Part shown: in pieces, positions 49,401-60,550 of the stretch
How positions within the stretch are numbered: position 1 is the first letter of the stretch
How the letters are laid out: each line of letters begins with the position of its first letter
Origin: Mantamonas sphyraenae STR306
Taxonomy: Eukaryota > Protista > CRuMs
DNA length: 64,000 bases
Assembly (NCBI GenBank): GCA_026936335.1
Contig: JAPMXV010000043.1
Coordinates: forward strand, 372,001-436,000
Direction of reading: 5' to 3'
The notes under the pieces: generated by a model
The model's input: only the letters and a program-made list of their open reading frames with translations
What the model was told of the DNA's origin: nothing
Databases searched by the model: none
Program-made: the position numbers and the translations under genes

Positions 49401-50192
49401 GAGGCCGACAAGGTCATGGCCAAGCTGCAGGAGGAGGATCCGCTGCACATGTACCGTATGCGCAACTTTCAGCTGTCGTTTGAGAAGAAGGGCACGCTGA
49501 AGTGGCACTACGGCACCATGTACGCCAGCAAACTGACGCTGCCTCGCACCGCGCTCCTGTCGGTGCTGCCCAAGAAAAAGTCGTGCATGATCAGCACCGA
49601 CACCAGCTTCGACTGCCTGACCTCGGACGAAGTGCCCACCGACTCGCAGTTCTTTGAGGCCATGTGCACCCTTCTGTCGGTGTTGTCCATGAGCAAGAAG
49701 CTGGAGGTGATCAACAACGAGGAGCTGGAGGCGCACAAGTGGACCTTCAACCACGCGGGCAATCCGCTCACCCTGCGCGACATCATGTTCACCTGCCTGT
49801 ACGACGACTGCAAGACCGAGTTCTTTTGCAAGGACGAGAACCTGACCCGTCTCACGGCCATGGTGGAGATGATCGAAGCCGAACCGGACAAGTTCAAGGG
49901 CGAGGACAACGAGCTGCTGGACAACTACCTGGGCATTTTCCTGCGCCTGGAGGCGTCGACCAAGTGGCATGCGCTGCCTCTGGTCCAGAAGAAGGCCAAC
50001 ACCCTGCGCAAGAAGCTGATTGCCCTGGAGGAGCGCATCTGCATCGCCATCTATGGTTCCGTCAAGGATGCCAAGGAGCGCAAGTCGACCATCGAAAAGA
50101 TTGTCGGCGCCTCCACACGTCCCAAGATGCGTGAACTGTCTCCGACGGCAGAAATGCCACTGCGTTTCGAGGAGCAGCCGTCGTACTTCTGA
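46458..50192 (+). CDS. Uncharacterised large protein: acidic N-terminus, GGX polyglycine repeats, beta-sandwich-like and alpha/beta C-terminal domains; 3 exons, two frame breaks (~46580, ~48010)
   Basis: Strong host codon bias across ORFs 46458-, 46682-, 47137-48045 and 47985-50192. Two in-frame introns (~46785-46948, ~47037-47248). Confidence 0.8.
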
Positions 50193-50260
50193 GCTGAGCA
50201 GCAACGACCGAGAGCGACGCTGATGACCACACCAATGGGGAAGTGAAATGCATTTTGAGA

Positions 50261-53142
50261 TTAGACGTTGACGTCCTCACTCACCACAAGGTCGCCCAAC
50301 TGCGCAGTAAAGGCTTTGTAGAACTTTTGGAAACGGAGGATGGTGCCCTGGCGGCGACGGACCTCGACGAGAGGCTTGCCAGTGGCGTATTTGTACAGCA
50401 GCACGTCAAACTCAAACGTGGATTCGTCCTCCATGCCGAGCAGACCCAATTGCGGCTGCTGCGAGTCGTTGTCCTCTGTGCTTTCGCTCTGTTTGTCCTG
50501 CTCGTCCTGCTCGTCCTCCTCCTGCGTCTGTGCCTGAAAGGCGTAGCGCTCGTCGTCGACGTGGATGTCGCCCAGCTGATATTCACTCTTCATGCTCTGC
50601 AGAGCAGACTGGATGTCACTCATGAGAGTGTCCAGGGGCACATTTGCGGCGACAAAGCGCGTGCAGCGGCGGACCTTGCTTGCGCGAAACTCGGGCAGCT
50701 TGTCCAGGCCCTCTGCGTCCTCCGCCTCGACGTTGTCCAATGTGAGGGTGGAAGCCAGCTCGGAGCTCAGGCCGCGGAACATGGGCTCGTCGTCGATGCC
50801 AAAGCCGTCCTCGATAAAGTCGTAGCGGTAGGCGGAGCGGAAGAACTCGGAGTTGGGTGCAAAGGACGACTCGTCGACGTCAAACTCATCATCGTCGGCC
50901 GGTCCGTACGACGCCTCGCGGTAGGTGATGTCGTCCTCGTCGTCGTCGCGCAGGTAGGGCTCGGAAAAGTCGCGCAAGGCGTCTTCGTCTTCCGAGACCA
51001 TGGAGCTGATGGTGGACACACTCATCATGGAATCCGACTGCTGGGCAGCGCCGGCTCGTGTGTTTGAGCGACGGCCATGGCCACGCTGAGTGTGTTGCTG
51101 AGTGTGCTGTGTGCTGCGCATGCGATCGTCGGCCTCGTTCTCCTCCGAGTTGCCGGCAAAGTACAGCGAGCCTGCGTCGTCACGGTCCTGCACGTCCAGG
51201 CTAAGGCCGTCGTCGGTGAAGAACGAATCGCCGGCGCCCTCAAACTCACCCGAGAAGCCGGCGGTGCCCAGATGGGACCCCTCTGTGTCCTGTCCCTCGA
51301 GCGGCTCGGTGTCGACGTCCTCGTCATCATAGTCACTTGCCTCGTCGCCCGAGTGACGTCGGGTGTCGCTGGACGAACGAGCCCTGTGGTCGGCCATGCT
51401 CTGTTCGCGGCTGCTGCCGATGGTGTCTGCCGACACAATGGTGTTGAAGTTTGCAAACTCGTCGTTGTCTGCGTAGGCCTCGCGCTCGTCAGCCATCATC
51501 CCCAGCAGATGGCTGTCGCGGTGCGGCGCTGTTTCGCCGCGGAACCACGGGTGGCTTTTGATGTCGGCGATGGTGGCGCGACGTTGCGGGTCGGTGACAA
51601 AGATGCAGTCGAGCATGTCCTTGAGACCCGTGGAGAAGTCGTCGACGTCGCTTGGGTAAGGGTACTCGCCGTTCTGGAGCAGCATGCGGTACTCATAGCA
51701 ATCGGCGAGGGTGGTGCTCACCTCGAACGGGTAGCAACCAAAAACCATGGCAAACAGAATGACGCCGCAAGACCACACATCCGTGGGTGCGCCGCGGTAG
51801 CTCTGACCATACAGGGCACGCCAGACCTCGGGGGCTGTGTAGTGCTTGGAGCCCGAGGTGCCTGTGAGCATGGTTCCCTCGTGCACCTGTTCCGAGAGGC
51901 CAAAGTCGCAGATCTTCAGTGTGTCCTTGTCGTCCAGAAGCAGGTTCTCCAGCTTCAGGTCGCGGTGGATCACGCCGCGCTGGTGGCAGTAGTCCAGTCC
52001 TTGGATGAGCTGGTGCCAGAAGTAGTGTGCGGTGCGCTCGTCAAACACGTTCTGGGTGACCTTGTCCCAAAGATCTCCCGACGGAGCCAGCTCCAGCACA
52101 AGATAGATGTTAATCGAGTCGTGAATGACGTCGTACAGACGGATGATGTGCTTGTGCTTGAGCCTGTGCATGCGAGCGGGTGTGGTGTGGGTGACAGTGT
52201 GAGCCCAGGTTGCGAGTGTGTGTGTGTGGGCTGGGTCGAGGTTTGGGGCCTTGTTCCGCCTCCGTTTCTTCACCTACAGCTTCATGATGTCGATCTCCTT
52301 CTGAACATCGACCTTGGCCTTCTTCACATGGCGTTTGTTCAGCACCTTGATGGCCACATCTTCACCGTCGCTGGTGGTGGCCCCGACAACTCTGCAAAAA
52401 GGGGTTTGGATCGAGTGTGAGCACGCCGACTGGTTTTTTTTTTCGTCGTCGTTTTCCTCGGAACTCCGCCGCGGGCAGCTCGCCGCGAGCGAGCGCTGAG
52501 ATCCACAACGGCGGCCGAGACAGGATGCGCTGCTGTGCAGATGGGCGCAAACAACGACAAGCGCAGACATGCATGCATGAAGAGCGAGTGTGCAGTCACG
52601 AGTGGCCGTGGCGGGCAGGGCGAAAGGTTGATGAAGTTTGTGCGCGGTGGAAAGCGAGCCGCAGCGCAAACAGGGACATGCAAGCAGGTGCAGGCGCAGG
52701 CAACGTGCACATATGCACAAGGACACACACACACACACACACACGGGTTGGATGCACGTGAGACAGCGCAGCAGAGAGCTGAAGCGGGCGGAAGAGGCTC
52801 GCGACGGTTCAAAACCGCGAATTCCAAGAAGGTGGCCAGCTGGAGCGGAGCGCCCTTTTGTGTTTTGACAACCCTCTTGGCTGCAGGACGCAGCCAAGGC
52901 GTCGTGACCATGCACGCAGACGGCAGACTCAAGCCACATGCACACTGCATTATACACAAGGCGTTTGGACGGGAGGCTGTACGTCGAAAGGAGTGGAACG
53001 CGCGCCAAACTCACTGTCCAAAGCGGCCCAGACCCAGAAAGTCGCGGATGCGGATTTTGCCGTCCTCAACCTCGAGTTCGTCTCGAGACGAGTCTTCCTC
53101 CTCCACCTGATATTCGTTGCCCGTTTGCGATGTGAAAATCAT
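50261..53142 (-). CDS. CAMK-group Ser/Thr kinase (CIPK/Chk1-like, KA1-like tail), paralogue of 11794-14091; 3 exons
   Basis: LGLGRFGQ|V, VAIK, HRDLKLEN, DFG, YTAPE. C-terminal CTRF...LVEVRRRQGTILRFQKFY. Confidence 0.88.
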
Positions 53143-53306
53143 TCTTTGTTTCCTGTTTCGCGCCTGGCGGGAGGTGTTCTGTGTGTGTGTGTGTGGGGTT
53201 TGCTGCGATTTGGCTGCACTGGCGCATCGGCGCCCAACTTCGACGCCACCCACACAATGTGCCCAGTCCTGCTGTTTTGGTTTTGTTCTCTCGACCAGCC
53301 CCTTCA

Positions 53307-55334
53307 TCACCCCTTTCGTCTGCTCTTCTTGCCCACACCAAGCGAGGCCCCGCTCCACTGCTCCGACAGCTGGCGGTCGATGTTCTCGCGTTCTGCGCTC
53401 TCCTTTTGCGCAAGACGCTTCTTGAGGGTGACGATGATGGCACCCAGTTCCTTTCTCTCCGTACACTCCTGGTGTACGGTCTGCTTGAGCAACAGAATCT
53501 CCTGGTCTTTCGAGGCCATCGTTTCCGTCATCCTGCGCAGCTGCTTCTCCATGCCCTCCATGGCCGCCACAGTATCTGCCACCAGCTGCTCCGTGCCCTC
53601 CTTTTCCCTGACAGCCTCGTCCAGCGCCCGTTGCACCTTGGCCATCTCTCGTTCCTGCATGGATAGCTTCGACCCCGTGCTCGTCTGCTCCGTCTGTACA
53701 TCACGCAACTGCTGCTCCAGCGCCTCAATACGCTTCTGTTTCTCCTCCACACTTCGCTGTGCCACGGCCGACTTTGCACGCATGTCTGCCTGTGCCTCCT
53801 GAACGCCGTCTGCCAGCCGCTGCTGCGCTTGCGCAAGCTCCGCACGCAGCGTTTCTTCTCGCTCTGTGTTCTCACGCCGCAGTTGTTCCACACGGGCGTT
53901 GCACGTTTCTTCCAAATCAAACAGCTGCTGTCTGTGCGACTGTGCACGTGCGGTGCTGCTGCTGTGTTCTGCACTCAGTTGCTCCCGCACTGTCCGTGCC
54001 TCCCGTGCCGCCTCCTCCACCTGCTTTCTCAAGCCACGCACCTCTTCTTCCAGCTCCTGCACACGTTTCCATTGCCCACTGTTCTCTCGCTTCGACTCGG
54101 CAATCTGTGCTTGTGCCTGTTCCAACTTGCTCTGCACACTCTCCAGCTCCTTGCGCTTGCTTCTCACATCCACACGGCTCTGGTTCCACGATTGTTCCAT
54201 CTCGTCACCCCTTTGCTTCGCCTGCGCAAGTTCTGCTTTCAGTTGACCCTGTTCGGTGCTCCATGCACGTTGCCGATCTGTCCACTCCGCAATGCATTGT
54301 TCCAGCCTACGCGCTGCTTGTGCCTGTGCCTCTTGCAGCTCTTGTCGAGCTTTGTCCACAGCGTGTGTGTGTTCCTCCTGCTCCTGCAGCCGTGCAGTCG
54401 CAGCCCTTTGCGACGCATCTTCCAACTCCTGTACACGCGTCTCTGCCCTCTCTGCTCGTCTCTTCCATTCCTGCGCCTCCTTGCTCCGTTCTTTCTCTTG
54501 TTGCTGCGCAGTGCGACACGCTTCCTGTGCCTCGATGGCCTCCTGTTCCGCCACCTCCCGTTCGCCTTCCGCCGTCTCCATGCGCGCCTTTAGAGAACCC
54601 ACCAGTGCAGACAGGGTTTCCACCTGTCGCAAAGCCTGTGTTTGCTCCGCCTTTGTGTGCGTAGCCAGCTGCTTGACGTCTGCACGCAGCTGCCGCGCCT
54701 GTTCGCTCTCAATCTTCAGATGGCCCCGCACTGCGCTCAGCTTGCTCTTCACGGTGATATATGCTTGGGACCACTTGCTGTTGCTTGTGAGAAGTTCCAC
54801 AATCCGTTCCTGCTGCTTGCGATTTGCATCTTCCAGCCGCTCCATCTCCTCCTCCTTGGAATCCAGCTCCCCCGTCAGCGCAGCCTCCCCGGCCTGCACA
54901 CGCTCCCTGTACATGGCAAACTCCTTGCTGATTGCCTCCATTTGTGAGCGGGCCTCGTCTGCCATCGCGTTGGCTGAGTGTTCCTGGCCCTGTGACGTGT
55001 GTATGCGTCGCGTCAGCAGCCGTTACGGCCAATTGGCGCGCTGCTCCTGTAAACACCAGCAGCACATGGATAGGTGCAGGGTGTGGTCAACTGCGCTGTG
55101 GGGTTGGTTCTCACTCTGTGCATGGGCATGGCGCCACGCTCCACGTACCCGTGTGACGACGAGCTCGTGCTCCAGCTTGCTGATGCGGTCTTCGAGGGAG
55201 CGGATTTCGTGCAGCACCAGATACGAGATGCCACAGTATTTGCAGCACGTCTCGTCCCTGCTCATGCTTGCAATCTCGCGAGGCAGTGGCAACGGGCTGC
55301 CCCGCTCCTCCCGACTGCCGATGTCCAGTTCCAT
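53307..55334 (-). CDS. LEKR1: LEKR1-like coiled-coil protein; 2 exons
   Basis: N-terminal LPREIASMSRDETCCKYCGISYLVLHE and C-terminal LKQTVHQECTERKEL flank a long coiled coil. One phase-0 intron. Confidence 0.8.
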
Positions 55335-55400
55335 GGGGCATGAATCCTTGGGCTGCCGCGTGCCGTGCACCAAGGCAAACCACACAACAAGAACGCCACG

Positions 55401-55781
55401 ATGAGCACAGCTCCGGGGCCGCCGCAGCCTGCGTTTGCCCCGCCTTGGATGGCACACGTGGATCTGACACCCGACCTGGTTGATCCCACGTGGTTCCCTG
55501 CACCTGAACTCGATGAACACGAGCAGCTGACGCAGCTGGAGGCCAAGCAGCAGGAAAGGATAGCTTCCGTGCGTACCTACCACAACGAACTCACTTTCAT
55601 TGGCTCCCGTGTGCCCACCCACTCCATGGGCCTGTCGCCAAGCAACGATTCCACCATGAGTCTGGGCACGCCCCCCAGCACCAACCGTATGTCTGGGCTC
55701 CTCAGCAGTTTCGACGATGACGGCCTCCTCGACGACGACGACGATGTGTCTGACGATGGCAGCGACCGCTTTGACTTTTGA
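55401..55781 (+). CDS. ANAPC15: Anaphase-promoting complex subunit 15-like
   Basis: Short protein, LTPDLVDPTWF..EQLTQLEAKQQERIASVR..LTFIG plus an acidic tail, resembling APC15. Confidence 0.65.
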   Translation: MSTAPGPPQPAFAPPWMAHVDLTPDLVDPTWFPAPELDEHEQLTQLEAKQQERIASVRTYHNELTFIGSRVPTHSMGLSPSNDSTMSLGTPPSTNRMSGLLSSFDDDGLLDDDDDVSDDGSDRFDF

Positions 55782-56009
55782 ACGCAACGGGGCTGCTGCA
55801 GAGAGCGGCAAACGGATTTTGGCGCGTTGCACTTGTGTGCGGACGACGACACAGAAAGACGGGATGCAACAATGCACGCATGTTGGATATGAGCAGGAGA
55901 GAGAGAGTGTGTGTGTGTGTGTGTGGGCGACAGGATCAATCAGGTAGAGAGGATGGAGCAAAAAAAAGGTTGCTTTCGTCTCTAGTTTCTGCTTCCCCCC
56001 ACAATCCAC

Positions 56010-56781
56010 TTAGATGAGCAGCTGCTCGATAGAGTCCTTCAGCGTATCGATCTGGCTCTTGAGCTGCGAGCCCTCATGCACCGTGACGCTGACGGCAATG
56101 ACGGCGCGGGAAACGCCGCAGGCGCGTCCGAGAGCTTGCTTGGACGGCACAAACACATATGGCACATTCTTGTCTTCGCACAGCAGGGGCAGGTGCAACA
56201 GGATCTCCAGCGGCTCCGTGTCGGCAGCCATCACAATAAACTCGGCGATTCCGCGGTTCAGCGTCTTGGTGGCTGTGCAAGGGCAAGGGCGAGCCAATTT
56301 TCGCACGTCGGCCCGGGGGCGGACAGCGCCGTGGACAGAAGGGGTGTCAGTGGATAGGTGCCGTGTGCGGTGAAGTGTGCTCCCACACGATCTAATTGCA
56401 TGGGTTCGAGATCTGTAGGGCAGCGCATGCGTGCCGCAGACGTGGGCAGAAGTCCAAGTTGCTGGCCCAGCATGCAAAAGTCCCTCTGGTCTTCCGTCCG
56501 CGGGGTTGGCGCTCGTCTCCCTGGCCTACAGTGCACTTACCCTCGTTGGCACCCTTCTTCAACTGCTTGTAATGCGACGCCTGCTGCACCAGATCCAGGA
56601 TCGTGGTCGTCAGCTTGCTTGTGGCCAGCGGGTAGGCCTGGGGCGAATCACACGTGTGGTTTGCTGTGTCAGTTGCGTGATTTCCTTCTCGTCCACACCC
56701 CGACGCGCCCTTCTCTTTGTCTCCACGCACCTTGGGGTTGACCTCCTCGTCCATTTCCATGTCTTCATCCTTGCTCGACAT
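56010..56781 (-). CDS. SNU13: Snu13/15.5K (NHP2L1) kink-turn binding protein; 3 exons
   Basis: VNPK|[13 protein letters not shown]|[56 protein letters not shown]. Confidence 0.97.
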
Positions 56782-56858
56782 TGTGTATGTGTGTGTGTGT
56801 GTGTGTGTGGTTGGCTGCGCCGGCGCTGCGACGACCGGCCCAAAACCGACCCCGATTC

Positions 56859-59800
56859 ATGCCTCGCCATCGCGTGTTTCCTGCGTCGGCGTCACCCGAA
56901 CTGCAGTCACCACGCAAGGTGAGTGCGTTTGTGGATGAAGACGACGACGACGACGACGACGCCTTCTTTGGCAGCAGCGACGACCAGGAAGGCCCGTCAC
57001 CCACACGCAACGCCACATCTGTGCATGCGCAACGGCGTCGTGGCCGTGGCAACGACGACGACGATGATGGCGGTGAGGAGGAGCACGACGAGGACGAGTC
57101 CGATGATGAGGACGAGGACGAGGAACTCAGCTTTGTCGGGGTCTCGACATCCACCACCCAACGCGGACGCAGGAGGCGACCGGGCTCAAGTAGTGGCACT
57201 GGCAATGAGGACGACGAGCAAACAGACACCTCCCATGTTCCCTCCATTGCTTCGCCCGTGATTGTGCCGAAATCGCCGGCGCAGCTACGCGCGGCGGATT
57301 CTCCCGCGCCCATCGCCCAGTCGTCGTTGTTGGAGAAGAGTATGCGCCACACAGACTTGCGCCACCGTGCAATGGTGGTACGCACCCTCATTCACGCCAG
57401 TGACACGCTGGCTGCTGCTGCAAGCAGCTCCACAGGCGCCGAAATGGACGAGCACAGCCTGGAGAAACGGGCGCGCGTCGCCGAACTGCGCGACCAGATT
57501 GTGTACGCCGTGCCCAAGCAGGTCTCGGCCATGCTCACCTTTCCTGATGACGTCGAGCAGGAATATCTGGCCTTTCACAAGCTGCGCACCATCTCACGCA
57601 CACGCAAGGCCTTTGGCGCCTTTGCCTTGCTCAACCTGTGTCTGCTCGCCTACGACGTCTACTCCTTTGTGTACAACACAGAGACGCTGGACGGCCGCGT
57701 GCCGCCCCTCGTCGACCCCTTGCAATTGGGTGTGGAGCTCATCCATCTGGTGCGCGTCCTGATCATTGTCCTGTGCCTGTTGGGCCTTGCGTTGACCTGG
57801 TCTCCGGCCTCCAGAAACGGCTGGCAGACGTCCCTCTTTGTCGGGTGTCTCCTCATTGCCACCTGGCCTGCCCTACTCACCTGGTTCTATCCCAGCCACT
57901 ATTTGGCCGTGGAGTTTTCCTTTCTGTTTGTACAGCTGTTTGTGGGCCTGCGTTTCTGGCCCGCCACCGTCCTCAACCTGCTCCTCTTTGCAGGCTACGA
58001 GGGCGTGCGCACCTACCAGGCACCCATCACCTTTCCCGAACGTGAAATCTACGTGTTTTTCATCCTGGCTGTGTGCATCATCAACTCGTACTGGGTCGAA
58101 CTCAGCTCCAGGCGCATCTTTATGCTCCACCTGTTCATCGACAGCGAAAACTACAAAGTGGATCGTCTGCTGGCCCAAACATTGCCGTCGGACATTCGCA
58201 CTCGCTTCCAGGTCAACCGGGCCAGCATTTCCACCGAATATACGGGTGCGGTGCTGTTTGTGGAAATCCAGAACTTCATGACCAAAAAGAGCACCGTCAA
58301 GGGCTTCCTGGGCAAGCTGGCACAGATCTTCACCGCCTTTGACGACCTCGTGGACAAGGCCAAGCATGTGATCCCGATTGCCACGGATGGGTCACGGTAC
58401 ATTGTGGCCACAGACATGCGTGCGCAGCAAACAAAGGCGCACGTGACGCACATTGTGGGCGAACTGGCGCTGGATCTGCTCAAACGTGCGCGTAGATTCA
58501 CGGGCGAGGGCACACGCATCAATGTGCGTCTTTCCATTGCCCAGGGCCAGATTGTGACGGGTGTGTTTGGGTCGGAGCGGCGTTTTCGCTACGATCTGCT
58601 CGGCTCCACGGTCAAACTGGCGGGCAAACTGCTGACCATGACCAATTGGGACACCATCATCATGCCCGAAGATTGCAAGGTGGCCTTGGGCGAGGAGGCG
58701 TACCACTTTCACAAGGCCGGCACTGTACAGATCAAGGAGGAGGAGCACGTGCGTCTGTTCCACCTCAACGGACGCAACGCAAAGGCCAAATGGAACGCCT
58801 CACGTGCCCTGATACGTCTGCAGCGTGAACTGGGCCACACCGAGCCCGGTGACGATGAAATGTCCGCCACGCTGGACGGCTCGTCCACCTCCTCTCACAC
58901 ACCAGCAGGCCTCATGGCACCCACCATGCGCGAAGCGTTGGATTCGATCCAACGACGCTTCACCTTTACTGCGTTTGCGCCCCCGGAAATCGACGAGGAG
59001 TTCCGTTCGGTGCTGGAACGGCACCAGGTGGAGGAGGACTACGAACGCCTGGTGGCGGCACGTACACAGGAGCAACGTGACATGAACCACTTTCCTGTGG
59101 ACAAAGGTACGCTGAAGTTCAAGGTGCCAGACGTGGATGGCGAGCTGGACTTTCTGGCGTTCTATCACGAAAAGACGTCAAAGAGGGTGCGTCGCATGGC
59201 AGGGCTCGTCTTCTTTCTGTACCTGAGTCTGGGTGTGTTGGACCCTCTGGCACTGCTGGGAGGGGCCAACTTTGCCGAAACGTGGGAGTTTATGCTCGCA
59301 GCGCAGCAGGGAATTGCACAGGACACTCTGAGCGGCAGGGTGAACACACTGTCTCTGGACCAATTGTGGCTGCAGGTGGCCATCATGTGGTCACTGCGGC
59401 TGTTTTTCGTGGCTCCCTTGGGTGTGGCCATGCTGGTGCTGGCTGGACGCAGGCAGTATGTGAGCACACGGAGCAGACAGGTCGTGTACGCGGCGTTTGT
59501 GGCCATGTGCAGCGTGGGCATTGTGGTCATGAGTGTGTTTGTGCCCACCAAGTACCAGTACTGGTACCTGGGCTTTCTGTACATCTGCTACGCGCTGCTG
59601 TATTCTATGCGTGTGTTGACGTATTCGTACGCCGTATCCACCGGGTTTGTGCTCATTGTGGTGCTGCTGGCCACGTACGGGTTTGTGGTGCCCGTGCTCC
59701 TGCGCAACGAGTCGCCCTTGCCCTACATTGTCAACAAGAGCTTCTACGTGGTGGTCTCTGCCAACGTGATCATGGCCCTGGCCTGCTACTGGATGGAATT

Positions 59801-60500
59801 CAACATGCGCGCGGCCTTTCTGCTCAACCTGCGCTACGCAGAGCGTCGCGACCGCTCCGAGGCTCTGCTGGCCAACTTGGTGCCTTCGCGCGAACTGGCA
59901 GAGGCTGTGAAGCAAAGTCCCAGCAACGTGGTGGCGGTGAAGCTCGATCGCGTCGCCCTCATGTACATCAACGTTCGCGACTACGACAACGAACATCAAC
60001 TGACGGCAGAAGAGCAGCTGCGTGTGGTGAACGAAGTGTTTGCAGACATCGACGTGCACGTGGCACGTCTTGGGCTGCGTCGCTTGAAAACCGTGGGTGA
60101 CACCTACGTGGTCATTTCCACCATGCGCTCGCCTGGCCACAGCGCGGCGGAATCGCGCTTGTATGCAGCCAAGATGATGAAGTGTGCACACAGTATCCTG
60201 AAGACGGCCAAGAGCTTCGACACGCGGTTTGGTATGCCCATCACATTGCGCATGGGAGCCAGCGTGGGTTCCGTGCTCCTGGGCGTATTGATGAACGGTG
60301 ACCGCATGAAGTTTGACGTGTGGGGAGACACCGTGGAGCTGTGTCAGCTGTTGGAGCGCAAGGGTCACCCCAACCGCTGCCAGGTGAGCGGCAAGTTGCA
60401 AACGCTTGTTCGCGACAAGTTTGACTTTTTTGAGAACCAAGAACTGCGTGTGGGCGGCGTGGAAGAGGTTGCCTATGTGTTCAACGGGGCGTATAAGTAG
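56859..60500 (+). CDS. Membrane class III nucleotidyl cyclase-like protein (TM-C1-TM-C2), catalytic residues degenerate
   Basis: Two multi-TM blocks, each followed by a cyclase homology domain (VLFVEIQNF..FTAFDDLV..RYDLLGSTV; RLKTVGDTY..KFDVWGDTV). A GTGAGT at ~56919 might mark an unresolved 5' intron. Confidence 0.85.
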   Translation: MPRHRVFPASASPELQSPRKVSAFVDEDDDDDDDAFFGSSDDQEGPSPTRNATSVHAQRRRGRGNDDDDDGGEEEHDEDESDDEDEDEELSFVGVSTSTTQRGRRRRPGSSSGTGNEDDEQTDTSHVPSIASPVIVPKSPAQLRAADSPAPIAQSSLLEKSMRHTDLRHRAMVVRTLIHASDTLAAAASSSTGAEMDEHSLEKRARVAELRDQIVYAVPKQVSAMLTFPDDVEQEYLAFHKLRTISRTRKAFGAFALLNLCLLAYDVYSFVYNTETLDGRVPPLVDPLQLGVELIHLVRVLIIVLCLLGLALTWSPASRNGWQTSLFVGCLLIATWPALLTWFYPSHYLAVEFSFLFVQLFVGLRFWPATVLNLLLFAGYEGVRTYQAPITFPEREIYVFFILAVCIINSYWVELSSRRIFMLHLFIDSENYKVDRLLAQTLPSDIRTRFQVNRASISTEYTGAVLFVEIQNFMTKKSTVKGFLGKLAQIFTAFDDLVDKAKHVIPIATDGSRYIVATDMRAQQTKAHVTHIVGELALDLLKRARRFTGEGTRINVRLSIAQGQIVTGVFGSERRFRYDLLGSTVKLAGKLLTMTNWDTIIMPEDCKVALGEEAYHFHKAGTVQIKEEEHVRLFHLNGRNAKAKWNASRALIRLQRELGHTEPGDDEMSATLDGSSTSSHTPAGLMAPTMREALDSIQRRFTFTAFAPPEIDEEFRSVLERHQVEEDYERLVAARTQEQRDMNHFPVDKGTLKFKVPDVDGELDFLAFYHEKTSKRVRRMAGLVFFLYLSLGVLDPLALLGGANFAETWEFMLAAQQGIAQDTLSGRVNTLSLDQLWLQVAIMWSLRLFFVAPLGVAMLVLAGRRQYVSTRSRQVVYAAFVAMCSVGIVVMSVFVPTKYQYWYLGFLYICYALLYSMRVLTYSYAVSTGFVLIVVLLATYGFVVPVLLRNESPLPYIVNKSFYVVVSANVIMALACYWMEFNMRAAFLLNLRYAERRDRSEALLANLVPSRELAEAVKQSPSNVVAVKLDRVALMYINVRDYDNEHQLTAEEQLRVVNEVFADIDVHVARLGLRRLKTVGDTYVVISTMRSPGHSAAESRLYAAKMMKCAHSILKTAKSFDTRFGMPITLRMGASVGSVLLGVLMNGDRMKFDVWGDTVELCQLLERKGHPNRCQVSGKLQTLVRDKFDFFENQELRVGGVEEVAYVFNGAYK

Positions 60501-60550
60501 TGTGTGTTGGATTGAAACCAAGTTCCATTCTCCATTCACTTCACCAAATC

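Noticed and set aside
15-60539. Many long antisense or alternative-frame ORFs (e.g. 15-1709, 4571-6379, 6527-8659, 48012-50204)
   Set aside because: They are shadows of GC3-rich genes on the opposite strand, with no recognisable motifs.
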